DNA of 64,000 nucleotides from Raillietiella orientalis (taxonomy: Eukaryota). A program made the position numbers and the translations under genes. The notes beneath the pieces are model-generated. The model had not been told where the DNA came from and made no database searches. It was given only the letters and a program-made list of their open reading frames with translations. The first letter of the stretch is position 1. Each line of letters opens with the position of its first letter. The stretch spans positions 744,001-808,000 of the forward strand of contig JAYWIR010000026.1 in the NCBI GenBank assembly GCA_036172245.1. The letters run 5' to 3'. Positions 27,680 to 41,214 of this stretch are shown here, piece after piece.

Positions 27680-28686
27680 CTATGCTTGTATTCTTAAACC
27701 ACCATCAAGTCTGATGATTTCACCATTCAACATGGGATTTTCTATGATGCTCTGAACAAGCAGAGCAAACTCCTCAGGATTTCCAAACCTGGTTGGGAAT
27801 GGCACAAGTGACGCTAGGATAGCACGAACCTTTTCAGGAAGAGGATGGAGAAGTGGAGTATCAAAATAACCTGTCACAAAAGAATGAGATACTAATTTTG
27901 AATCACTTAATCCTACCGGGTGCAATAGCCATTACACGAATACCTATAGAAGCTAAGTCCCTAGCTAAAGGTAAAGTAAGGGCAGCAACAGCTCCTTTGC
28001 TTGCAGCATAAGCACACTGGCCCAATTGTCCTTCAAATGCAAAAATACTGGAAGTGTTCACGATGACCCCCCTCTGTTTATTAGAATCGGGGGGATTTTT
28101 TTCCATAAGTCCAACTGCCAAACGTATAACATTGAATGTTCCACCAGCATTAACACTCAAAACTTTCATGAATTCGTCAAGTGAATGAGGAGCACCAAAT
28201 TTGAAGTTGTATATTCTAAATCCAACTGAAATACCAGCACAATTTACAACGTTGTTCAGCTGACCAAACTTTTCCTTGGTGATACTAAGTGCATTTTTCA
28301 CATCCGCTTCTATCTGGACCTGAACAAAACAGTCAAGCAAGTGCATTTAGAAAAAACAGCATACATCAGTAGGTACAAAGACAGCGCACGAAGGTTGCAG
28401 GCTTTCGGCAACTTCAGCTCCTTTTGAGGTTGGCAAATCGCAAATTACCACTTTTCCTCCTTGTGCTACCAGACGTTCTGCTGTAGCTTTCCCTAGTCCT
28501 GATGCTCCACCAGTCACCAGGCTGACCAACCCCTACTTACAAAAACACTGCTTAGTTCACACAATACAAATCTCTTGAACATGCTTAATCAGAATTAGAT
28601 GGTTTGATTCGATATCATAATCATTTACACAAAAATTGAAAAAATGCATTTTATACCACTACCCCATACCGTACCTTCAGTGACAT
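27680..28686 (-). CDS. HSD17B10: 3-hydroxyacyl-CoA dehydrogenase type 2 / 17-beta-HSD10 (scully, MRPP2), 257 aa; exons 28686-28675, 28532-28365, 28319-27917, 27870-27680
   Basis: [18 protein letters not shown]ossmann motif, VNCAG, YAASK catalytic motif, [20 protein letters not shown]-terminus. GT-AG introns splice to an open 774-nt CDS. Confidence 0.96.
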
Positions 28687-29594
28687 GCTCGATGCGGCAC
28701 ACTGGCAGCGAGGAAATCGGAGCTCCCACAACCAAATACTTCATTAGCAAATTAAGGTTTACAATACCCAAGTACATGATCTCCGATAGTCTGAACTTCT
28801 AGTAAAGATTACGGTTATGAAGACAATTTGGAAACATGATTGATTTAATTGCGTTTCGTCTAAGTAATGATCTAAAAAACGATACCATTTTCTGCCATTC
28901 ATGGAATTCCTCTGTAATGAATAATCTGCTTCATAGATTCCATCAATTTTTGCAAGACACAAATATGAACAAAAAAGAGAACTTTAGGAATATGAAGAGC
29001 TCAATCTCTACCAGAAGATAGCTTGCTTGTCCTTTAGTTTTGTATTTAATCGATATGGAGTATTATTTACCTCCGTCGCATTTAAACCGTACAATTTTTT
29101 GTAAAATCTCATATTGACTTTCGTTTAATACCCAAAATCCCATATTAAGTTTGGTACTTTTCGCTGATTCTTCTTCTTAAACTCAGAACTTTAAAGTAAA
29201 GGCTACTATCCAGAACCGCAAAAAAATCATTCTGTTGGTGAAATATAGTTTCACGTGCTTACCTATGACTCACAAGAATGCTAGACGTCTAAGTAATGCG
29301 TATGCTTTATATACATAAAACATTAAAAACTAAAACATATCGAATATATGCAAAATTTTGAATATGTACAAAATTTTCTTTTATTAAAAATTTTCTTTTG
29401 GAACAAAAATAAGGAATTTCGAATAAACATAAGATTATCTTTAGGAATATTTCCATCTAAGGCCACGTCTAGACTTGATTTCTATTGCTTAAGACCCCTC
29501 CATAACTACACTGTCAACTTTTTACTGCAATGCTAGCATAAGTTGTCTTCACACTTTTGTGACCGGAAAGTGTTGGTACAATGTTAAACGACAA

Positions 29595-29750
29595 TCAGCA
29601 AACATAAAGGCCGTCTTTTCCGTAGGTATCGTAGAGAGCACGAAACTGCCGTGGGGTTCTGAAAATTAAAAATCATTTACTCCACCCAAGCACCTCAATA
29701 AACAATAAGAACCGTTCTGTTTGAATTTTCAATTCCAGGATTTGATTTTC
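29595..29750 (-). pseudogene. Possible DnaJ/J-domain relic
   Basis: EVLG/TPRQFRALYDTYGKDGL resembles the J-domain helix III-IV pattern EVLSDxxxRxxYDxYGxxGL. No intact HPD or reading frame found. Confidence 0.3.
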
Positions 29751-30379
29751 GTTTTCAGAATAAACAAGAAAATCTAGGTAAAACCCCAAAGCTTGAATGG
29801 TTAATGAACCACGCATGCATTGGGCATAATGTAATAAATGCTCAGAACTTCTGTGTGTGGTATATGTTTATTTCTGGTTGAAGATTTTTAAAATCATCAT
29901 TTTTTAAAATCCAATAATTTCAACTTGTAATTAACTGAACAAAAGTATAACTATCTATGCGCTAAAACACTGCCACAATCACCATTACACAATCCCTGAC
30001 AATGCCAATCCAATGATAGGAATTTTATTTTGACGGAATCTTCCATACTGCACAATCTTGGAATTAAGTGTGCACAAAGTCAACACCAATCTCTTTTCTG
30101 ATGCTAAATTTGCATTAAATCCCTGGCCTGAACTGCTAGCAAATCTGCATATAAATTTGTACAATTTCGATTACTCGAGCACCTATCCGTTTTAGAAAAT
30201 TGCACAAGTACCATATTGAAAAAACACTGAAGTTTATCCACACGAGCAAAATTCCTTCAATGTTGGAAATCAATTGCTGACTAGCATGTGCATGCTTTCT
30301 GGTGTAAACATCAACACAAAACCAATTTCTTGATGACATCTCTCTTATCTGAAATGATTTACGTAACCCCATAAACTTA

Positions 30380-33300
30380 TCAGCCTGACTTAATACCAGT
30401 GTCATTGTGTTTTCGTTTCATACATTTTTTAATGTATTCTCCATTATTTTCATTCTTAACACAGGCAGGCCTAGGAAGCAGGTGACAGGGTGTCAGCAGT
30501 GGTTTATTACTAAATGAAGCAGCAATTTAGATTTCTCAGAAGCATTATTCTTACCTAAAATAGGGCATTTGCAATGCATCTGAACTGGAAGCTCGCTTCA
30601 GTGGATTTAAAGTAAGAATATTACTCAACAAGTCCAGGAGATCATCGGGAGCAGCAGTAAATATATTTTTTAATGGGGTTGCCGTGAATGCCTTGAACTG
30701 AATATAATCTGGAAGGCTTGATAAACCCTACGGGAACATAACATAAAACACGTTTCGTAAGGATGCGGTTTGCTTATTACAGGCCAGTCCTCCTCTGTTG
30801 GAGTGCCCAAAACTTGGAAAATTCTGGTCAACTGGTCCAAATCTGAATCACCCGGTATAAATGGCACTCGAAGTAATAGTTCTGCCAAAATACATCCAAC
30901 TGCCCAAATATCTATGCCAGTTCCATAAATGCGAGCACCAAACAGCAATTCTGGTGCTCTTTTCAGAAAGACCTTTAGTGCAGAAATAAATGCTATGTCC
31001 AACATACCTGTACCATCTAGTTACCACAATATGAGTGTAAATACGATATGGTGATCCATAGAACTTAGCCAAACCGAAATCCCCGATTTTCAGTACTCCT
31101 TTGGAATCAATCAGTAAGTTGTTGGGTTTCAAATCCTATGAAACGAATTCTACATAAACTATATCTCTAAAGCATTTACCCACTCTATGCAATATCCAGT
31201 TCATATGTAAATATTCCAAACCTTTGAAAGTCATCATTATATATGATTTTATGTGGGCCGGTGTCAGGATGATGCTTGTATCTTTCACTATTACTTCAAG
31301 ATCTGTATCCATAAAGTCAAACACCAGGGATATATTGGATTTGTAACCAAAGACATCTAAAAATGCACATTTTTAATTGTGTCACAGAACCAGTCACAAT
31401 AATTTGTACTCTTCTAATTACAACAGTGGTAGCGAATAGAGGTAGTATATGACATTACAAAATCGCAACAAGGTTTGCTGTGTATTTAGGTTACAAAATT
31501 AACATGCTCTGTATATCGTGTTTCAAAACTAAAGAGATATTTTCAACACATTTAGAATTACTTGCGGAACGAGCTGACTTGGTATCATATCTAAAACTTA
31601 TACTTTCATATCAAAAATAACCAACTTTATGCTGTAACTACAATTTTCTTAGTTTATTCAATAAAAATTTCATTTCATTCTCTGTGAAGCAGAGAACTCC
31701 TCTACTGCTTAATGACAGAGGAGCAAAGATGGCTTAGAACATTCTCAATTTTCTCACTAACAGAGATTTTTTTTAAAGAAAGAAGAAAACGTAAAGAAGT
31801 TGTAAGACCACAGAGAAAGTGACATTTAAAATCTTAAGGGGTTCAAGGCTTAAAACTTGGCCAAAAGTCACACTTTGATAGTTTTTTTTATTTCAACATG
31901 ACATAAAAAAAACGTTAGAATAAGTTCTTGGATCACCATTCTGAATTTAAAATAGCAATTTCATCAACCATCCGAGGCACAATTTTTTCGTACAATAGGC
32001 ATTTCAAACAAATTGCAGGCAACAATTGCTCCACATTGCAGTGTGCAATAATAAATGAATCACCTGCTGAATTTAAATAAACTCCATCCTGAAAGTTTGA
32101 TGAATTGATTCAATTCATCACACTGCCCAGTAATACATCTTTATAATTTGCAAGATTGAGAGCTGATATATTAATTAAAATGAATCATCCACTTCTAAAA
32201 TCAAAACTTGTTTTACTACATTCTGATCAAATAAACCTGATTACATGGAAACCTATTGACCCAAAATTACCAATATGATTAGGTGCAAGACATAAAATCT
32301 AGAAAACGTTTCTACTATGCTGGCACATGAAGATCAATAGAATCTTCCTACTCTGCATCTTTGGTATTGGTTTACCTAAATTGTAATGCTTAATTTTCAG
32401 CACTGTATCATACCAGATATTGTTCTAATATGAACCACAATTATCAAGAATTTGCAAAATGTTTGTTCAGCATATCTAGTTAAGCTCACTAGATTAGATA
32501 TTCAGAGCAATACAGGAAAAAAAGTTAAACATTCTAGTGCTGAAACGAAAAAAGAAATTCAACTGGCAGACATAAAAAGAAAACCACATTTGGAAAAAAC
32601 ACCCTGAGATACAGAAAAAATAAGCAATTATGAATTTTTTGATAAGCAAATACAAATTATGACAAAAGAAACTCAAAGAATTCAAGTTTCAATATTCGTT
32701 TATTGTATGTCAGAATAAACTTCTATTCTGCATGTTATGAAGGAAAATCAGCTTCTCTATACAAATTAAAATAAATGTGCATTTTTAAAAGCTTTTAGCA
32801 ATTGTTATTGCTTGCAAACAAATGAAACTTGCAAAAGACCTTTAAAAAAATAAAAAAATAACAACTAATGTCAAATAAACTTCTAACTCCAAAATACTGC
32901 AGTACTTCAAAGGCATCTCTGATTCCAATACAAATCTCCAAGCTGCTCAAAATGTAATAGCCTATGTCCATGCATAGTTTTTATATCAAAGGTGAAATAT
33001 CAATGGAGGTGTAGCCACCCTAAGCTTATTTTGGTTTGATTTTGTTTTAGCAGCTCATCAGAGCACTTTACAAACTATTTACATCACTAGGGAAAGAAAA
33101 CATGAATATACTTGTTAATGCTTAAAAACAATTCAGCACAAAAAAAACACTCCAGTTGTTGGCCAGTTGTCATATGAATAAAAAACATATGAACAATAAA
33201 TGCATGAATGCTAATTGACGAATTCAACTTTAAGGAAGCAAACTAAAGAGTGTAGGCAAAACATTATTTCCAAGAAAGTAGAGAACAAACCCTCATGAGA

Positions 33301-34342
33301 CCTGTAGGTTATCTAATTATTTTTTTTTTGAAATGTGTCGGCAAAAAATATTGGCATGGTGAGTACTTGGTTCTGAAAAACATGGGTGCAATCATATACT
33401 GATAACTCTCAGAAAGTGTGGGTTGTAAAGAAAACACAAAAACATTAATACATATTTTTTACACATAATGGATTCTAAACCAAAAAATTCTTACAGCAAA
33501 GTAAATAAAACATGAACCATGATTCCTTATAGACCATTACATTCAGTATTACCTAAAAGGCCTATTATATTAGGATGATGAAGCTCCTGTAATAATTTGA
33601 TTTCCCGAAGTGCAGTTCGATTGATGCCATCTTTCACTTCATCTCTGCTACCAACTTTAATCTATAAAGAGATTATGATATTATTTATGCTTAATTTTTG
33701 CAGGGATAATACCTTTTTTACAGCTACTATATCTCCATTAGTTGCATCTCTGGCCTTGTAAACTGTTGCAAACTATGGAGAACAAGAAAAATGAACACAT
33801 TAGCTTCATGAATCACATCAGGGAATAGAGACTCCAAAAACATGCAAAAAAAATAATCCTGTTGGTCACAGTAATCATCACCGCAAAATTCTTGTGATTT
33901 CACAACACAAGATTTTTGAAGCAATTCGTTTTAAGCATACTTCACCGATTTTCTTTAACCTGATGTAACAGTAAGGATTGGCAGCGCTGTATACCGTAAC
34001 TCGAAATTTACGAGAACTGTCATCAAAAAGATGTCTTTAGTGACACACTTCAAATAACACGTTAGGATTCGGTCAACCAGTGGTCATGCTTCACGTTATG
34101 CATGCAGAAACTTTAGGATGTCAACAGTCAGAAAGGCGAAATGTTGTGGACAAGGTGCAAAACTTAAGTCACAACAATACAGACAGCTCTTTTTTTTTTG
34201 AAAAAAGAAAAAAAAGGCAAAAAACCAAAATTCCCAAGTTTCAAAAATTTCACAAAGCAATTTTTTTTTGCAGTCTGACCTGTCCTTCACCGAGAAAAGA
34301 AATCTTCTCATAACGCTTTAGTTTTTCTTCGACACTTTCCAT
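30380..34342 (-). CDS. CDK7: Cyclin-dependent kinase 7; exons 34342-34280, 33772-33713, 33661-33553, 31356-31184, 31135-31008, 30958-30781, 30727-30555, 30509-30380
   Basis: [18 protein letters not shown], the diagnostic NRTALRE helix, [34 protein letters not shown]. Splice phases are consistent. The last exon end is less certain. Confidence 0.96.
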
Positions 34343-35460
34343 CTTGGGATGCTGAATTTGCAGATACCACCCAAAGTTAACGTGAAAACGGAATCTCAGG
34401 CCACATCTGACACAAGACTACTGTGCTGCACGAAAGGGATGCAGCAAGGGATGACCACCGAGACGGGAGGTCATCACGCTTCTGCCGTCACTTAACCCTT
34501 CCCGTCGCGGCCGTCAAATCGGCCGCGGTGTGTGCCAAGTGCAAGAGACAGAGTGACCGACCGATAATTGCCACAGTGTGTGATCCTCGTATTCAAACGC
34601 TGTTCAGGGTCCTGAATGACACCAGCACACTTCAGCACCCTCCCTGCCTTGGTTAATTTTTAGGAATCTTCTCCCTGCAGCCGTGTGCACGAGGTCAAAA
34701 TCTGTGGCACTCAGGCTACGGATTACAAGCGGACGTCGTCCTCCCTATTTCCAGTTGACGACGATTTCCTTTGCTCGCAAAGCCGCATACAGCTTAGCAT
34801 CTTTAATTCTTGTTTTTCAAAAAGTTTTTATCTTGCGTGCTTATTTTGGCTTTTGATAATTTTATTTTCGAATGATAATAGACTTACGACTGTGTAAATG
34901 TGATTAAGAACCAACATTACTGGAAAGCAACATTACTGGAAAACACACAGAGGAAATTACTGGAAACACATATCGCTCGGCTGTAATTACAAGCTTAAGC
35001 ATTTTCCTTTTACTTATTGGGGTATAACAAAGAAGCTGTTGTTTGGATGTTTTGAAAACTGCGCTGGAAAATCTCTTGAATACTAAACGCTGCTAGAATC
35101 GATAGAACGTGTAACTGTACTCAAAGTAAGTTTTGACTTTAAGCAGCCAACATTTTTCAGTTTGGCATCGAGATGTGTATTCTCCATGGAGATAGAAACG
35201 CTCAAATGAGATAGTTTAAACAGAGTGCTATAGACACACACGTGTAAGTCTATAAACAACTGGATTTGTTTGACTGACTCATAATAAAGTTCTTTTCGAG
35301 AATGACTTAATATTTTAATACCAACAAAATACAAGCCGATCGACAAAAAAATAATCTCTGATATCAGATAGGAGGTTTAAACATTGCTGTCAGGATATGA
35401 TAATTCAAATAATTGCAATAACCCTAAATTGTAATCTGTTAAAACAGCATTGAAATAAAA

Positions 35461-35514
35461 TTCCAAAAGGGGTTGCAACGAGTGGTTTTCAACTCATTGC
35501 AACTCATTTTGGAA
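35461..35514. repeat. Imperfect palindrome, ~25-bp arms
   Basis: ttccaaaaggggttgcaacgagtgg versus reverse complement ttccaaaatgagttgcaatgagttg. Confidence 0.7.
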
Positions 35515-37451
35515 TCATGTCAGCAAGAGATGCCTGCTTCGTTCTTATCAGGATTGAAATTCGAACTTATGAGAAGAAAGATTATCCTGTAAAGGATAGA
35601 AGTTACCTTTATTGGTGTAATCAATGACGTTCCATATTACTAAATACTCTTTTAAGGACAGTCAAGGTGCTCACTATTTATCTCACTCTCTGAGGAACTT
35701 TCACTGTTAAACATATTAGAAAAGTTAGGTAAACAGCTGTCACTCGAGCAGCTAAAATTTTTTGACTTTCAGAATTGACTTTAATTAATTAAAAACGAAC
35801 ACCTGAAGTCCTAGTAGACTTTTACGACGCTATAATGGTTGTAGAGTCCGAAATAGGTGATCTCGTACGATGCGTATTCCCATAAAATCTACTACTGAGT
35901 CTCCCAAAACCTCACTGCAGCTTGTTTTATTGTTTAAATTTTTCATAAAAGCGATCATCGGATTAGGTGATCAAAACCTTCCTTGATGAAATAACTCACA
36001 CGGAACAATCAGATAATGTTTAGCAAATTTGCTAACGACAATGTAAAGTATTTGCTAATCTAAAGAACTCTTTTTCGAAACAGTAATTGAACTATTTCTT
36101 CCTGGCATGTTCATGGCTATGTTCTGGCATTCGATCTTCTCATCATTTGAAAACAGCTTGCTATACAAATACGCCTTTTCAACAGAACTCCCAATATATA
36201 CATATGTTTAATCACATAGAAGTCCTGTTCGAGAAAGTCTCTTGTGTAAAGATCCTGAGAGCTTTTAAGTAATAAAGTAAGGTGCACTTATACAGATCGT
36301 TATAGCATACATTTGTTTCTAAGACACAAGGGAATGTTAAAAGGGTATAAAACTCCACAGCTGTCGAAAAAGAGGAGGTTGAATAAAAAAAGTTGAAAAG
36401 TATTAGCTTGCTATCCTGAAATTCTGGAAAATAGTTTCCCAACCATTATAGAGAAACGATTACAAGAATTGCTAGAAGCTATCTTCATTAGCTCAAAATA
36501 CAAATATAGCTACTTGTTCTCTAAACTAATAATTCCGATTCGATTTTGTTGAATCTTTTCTAGGTTCCTTGGGCTCAAGTTATAGAGGTATAGCTGTATA
36601 AGATGATGTGCACACGCAAATTGCGTTTGCACAGTCGATCCCATTTCAGTTCTTTTTATAAATGTATTCTTATTTGTTGCTGAAATCAAGAAATAAATAG
36701 GTTTAAGCATGATGCTGCCAGGCTTCAAGATAGGTACTTATTTCCTGAGGATAACTGAACACCAGTTTATTTTGAATAAATATGTGTTCTTACAAATCCG
36801 TGTTCTTACGAATATGTATAAAACATCAAAGGCAATCTCGATACAATATTTTGCTCTTTTGAAAGGGCACGAATGTCACACGGTTAGGTTTCGTTTTATA
36901 TAAATGCAAATTTCCAACTTTTCCAAAAAACGTATGCGGCATCGCTGTGCAATTTTTGCACGATTGCGAGCCACGTGCGTATGGTCTGGCGGTGAGGTGC
37001 CAAATGCGGAGTGTTGTGATCGAGATTGGTAAAATTTTGTGGAAACTCTCCAACTGCTGTTCTGTCATTCCTGATGTAGAAGTTAATCTTAAATCATGCC
37101 CAGCATTAAATTTTTCCTTTAAGTTTTTTTTTTTTTTGTGTAGCTTGTTTTGCCAATCATAAATATTAATAAATTTATTTTTTTGCCTTCAATTATTAAT
37201 TTCAAGTAACCTATGCACGATAACAGATAATAATACTTGAAAAGTTAATAAATGCCACATTATGGTATATCTTGCCAGAACGATACTTGCCTTTTCAATT
37301 TTGGGGTCCTGTTTTCTTATTTATTATGTGCACAGAGAGCAAAACCTAGAAAGGTAATTAACAGTGTTCACGTCTGTATTCATTAAGTTTATTTTCAGAC
37401 TACGAATGCAACAGAATGTAATCAATGAATACAAAAAACTTTTAAAAGCAA

Positions 37452-38165
37452 ATGATGGAGCAGAGGTTGTCAAAGCAGATGGCACATAATGACTGGTCAA
37501 AATACCTAACTTTCATCCAGCCTGCACATCTAGTAGCTGGAATAAGTGGTGGCGTTCTGTCAACACTTTTAGTACATCCTTTAGATCTCGTAAAAATCAG
37601 GTTTGCTGCTGATGAGGGAAACTGCATTGATCGCCCTCACTATAAAGGCTTGTGTCATGCATTCCGTTGCATATATCAAGCAGAAGGAGTTTCTGGTCTA
37701 TACAAAGGTGCTGTGCCAAATATTGTGGGAGCTGGGGCATCGTGGGGTTTATATTTTTTCTTTTATAATGCTATCAAGAGCAGTTACAAAGAACATATGT
37801 GTCAAGTTCAGATGAATCCCATAGAGCATCTTTTAGCTGCAAGTGTGTCAGGTTGTCCACATTGTTATTCACAAATCCAATTTGGGTGGTGAAGACACGA
37901 CTGTGTTTACAGTACGAGGGTAAACTAAAGGAAGCAACAAACCGAGGGATGGTGGATGCTTTCCATCAAATTGTAAAATGGGAAGGAATCATTGGTTTAT
38001 ACAAAGGACTGGTGCCTGGGCTGTTTGGCATATCTCATGGAGCTTTACAATTCATGGCTTACGAAGAACTAAAAAAAGGATATCAGCAATGGACTGCGTC
38101 TTCACCAGATGCTAAACTCAACACCATTTCCTATTTAACATGTGCAGCTTTATCAAAGTTGTTTA
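37452..38165 (+). pseudogene. SLC25A32: Mitochondrial folate/FAD carrier-like gene, intronless, frameshifted at ~37851 and truncated in repeat 3
   Basis: HLVAGISGGVLSTLLVHPLDLVKIRFA, GAGASWGLYFFFYN, TNPIWVVKTRLCLQY, GLYKGLVPGLFGISHGALQFMAYEELK. Similarity stops after ALSKLF. Confidence 0.85.
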
Positions 38166-41100
38166 TCATGCATCACATCGGCGCTTCCCGAATTCATCCT
38201 GCAATCTCAGTCAAGCACACAATGCTCATCATCTTATGAATTCAAGATAATGGAACTCCATTTTCATCCGTTCTCAGCCCCTACCAGCGAATACCCAGCA
38301 TTGCTGCATCAGTCGCGTCCCGAGCCGTGGCTTCGATCAGGGCCCACTTCCCCCATGGCCAGATGCATGAAAATGTTCACGTGTAATCCCCGCTGCTCAC
38401 TTGGTGGGTCGCTCGTAGGGCTCTCCCCCACGGCTGGGCCAGGGGAGCAAATCGGGGTGTGGTGGTGGTGCACGTCTGCAGGGAATCGATGGGACTGCGG
38501 CGACACTCCTGCAGGGGACGCACTTTCACCGCACGGCCGCTGCGCACGTCCCGCGCCGTGGTCGCCGACCCGAGCGGGGCGGAGAGAAGATTCTTCCCGG
38601 AGGACGTTGGTGGGTGGGGAGCACACGGCGACGACGGGAACAACCGGAGTTTTCGAAGCGGAGCGGTCGTGCACCCGTCGGGCACGCGAAAGCAGGACGT
38701 GTCTTCAACAGACAGCTGCAGTGCCGCCAGACAAAGCCTTCGAAAGGAACATTCCACTGCATCGGCGTCAGTTTTTCAAGAAGAGGTCCGATGCATCCTC
38801 TGGAACACCTGAAAGTTCTCCAGTGGCCTTAGGACCTCCATCCTCCTCAGGAATTGATTCAGCATCCGTTGCATTTAACAGCCTGCATTCTACTGCTGCA
38901 AATGAAAGTCCCGTTTAGCAATTGGGTTGCCTTCCGGGCGGCTGCCTTGTTTTGAGCACTCTCACAAATCGGAGATGCCAGCGACTCACAGCTGAATGGC
39001 TCTTTTGTACAAGTACTACTCTTCCAGTTCCGTGAAACTTCTGTTTAGGAAGATCAAACAACAGCTTGGAAATTGAAATAAACGCAGGAGATCGACGTTG
39101 TTGCATATCTTTCAAATTCTTCCTGATCTCGCGAGATCTTCCTTGATCAAGTGGTACCTTATTACCAAATGGGGAGTCTACTTGAACTTTAGTAATGAAT
39201 TTAGATAAATCGGCACTTTGCTCGCTTGGACGAACCTAGGAACAAATAATGATATATTGAATTATGGGTCCGGTCTAGGTGATTCTAGGAACGATCGAGG
39301 CTTACCCTTTCTTTCGTGTACTATAACATCCCTTTTTGCCTCTGGGAGCACTTTCATGGACCTCTTCATCAGAAAGAAACCTGATTTCTATTTTTTTGAA
39401 ACAAAGTATGCAAAGTTTTGTATAAAAGCATTTAATGGGATTTGCCACATCCTTTTTTTTTCTTTAAGGAAGGGACGGAAGTGATCTGCGTGGAATACGT
39501 GTGGAATCTCCCTCAAGTCGTTTCCCCCTTTTTGACCCCGATCATCTGACAGAGCCAAAAAGAAATTTCTACTCCGGCTTCCACGAATTCTTCATGAGTG
39601 TTGCCTTCCGTCCCACAGTTTTCACCTGGAGATCCAAGTCACAGGAATTCTCAGGTTCCACAAACTTATCGATCCCTTCCCATTCCAGAAGATGGGAGGC
39701 GAGCATCTTCATTTCATGTCTCGAGGTGCGTTTCAGATAAGCTTCCCTTCTTTCTTCCCCGGTTGCTCACCGGCTCGATGGTGCAGAGCTGTAATGGCAT
39801 GCGTTCATGCCGACAAGGGAGAGTGGAAAAGTGGTCCGAACGTGGCTATTCAACCAGGTACCCACAGTGGTACGAATGATGCATTCATTGATCTTTTTTC
39901 AGGGCGCCTATGCGCTTCGAAAGCGTCCACAAAGACTAGCATTTCATGAGAAACTCTTGAATAACATAATTTAAAAACATAACTAGTCTGCCCTCTTTCA
40001 TGATGAAGAGAGCGAACTATCTCAGAGTGCACTTAAAGAGAAAGCAGGAAAAGGGGGAGATATACAACAGCTCAACCGTGGAGCCGCGTCTTGGGGTCCC
40101 CTGGGAGGGGACACGTAGAAACGGCGGCGACGAACAGAGCCCCGCCACTAGTGCTGCATGGAAAGATCTGAAGGCTTAGAAGAGGAGCCCTGCTCGGAGA
40201 GTTAGAGGTCACAGAGCATGCTGCATACGACCGAAGTGTCCGTGGAGCGTTGGGAAAGCGGATGAGAAGAGGACAAACGTGGAGGGCAAACGTGGAGAGG
40301 GGAGGTGAGCTTCCCAACTTCCTCCCTCGAAGCGACCAGCGCAAAGAGCCAGGAGAAGAGGGAAGTCCTTCCACGATTCTCCTTTCTTCCAGGAACACTT
40401 AAAGTGGTTTTCATAGAGAAGGGAGTCTCTAATACCTCCAGCAGCAGCAGCACAAATAATCTTTTCTTCTCCATGTATCCCTCAGAGAGGAGAAGGATGG
40501 ATGGAGCGCTGTTTGCCTTTATCTTTTTTGAATTAAATGACGTCCACGTTCGGAGTCTAGGCTGAACTAGGAGCGTTATGAAAAATGGGAACACTGTGGA
40601 ACCTGATAGACAAAAGCAGAAACGAATTTGTACTGCATCCGGTTCAATCTAGACCAAAATAGTTTCTTTCCGGATAGTGTCGTGACTTAAGAGGATCATA
40701 TCAGTTCTTTGCCTCCAACCAGTGAACTTAACATGCCACGACGAGCTGCTCCTACCACGCGTGTATTACCGCACGGAGCTAAACGTAGACAACATAAAGA
40801 GGAGAAAGTTCCAAAGACGGCAGCTGAACGTATGCGGGAGATGAGAGCAAATTGAAAATGCACATGTGAACAAGATGAAGAATACCATGAGGATGCTCAG
40901 ACACAGACGTCCAAGGGATCATAGAGAACACAAATAGCTCAACCAGGAGTACAAGATGCGGATGTGTGACCGTCTTCATTGACTGTTCTTGTGACAAATA
41001 ATCCGTTTGGACACGTTTGCAGCGTTTGTAATGGACTACGGTTTAAGAATGATCTCAGAACACGAAAGCCTAGTCCATCTAGCTGTGTTGCGTGTAGAAT

Positions 41101-41214
41101 TTCCAGAGATTTATAGAATGGATCAACGTTCCTACTCTGCAATAACTGTTTCGCATGTTTCGATGAGGGAAACGCACTATCCTTGTCCGGAAGGAATAAG
41201 TCTGCATATCCTCC

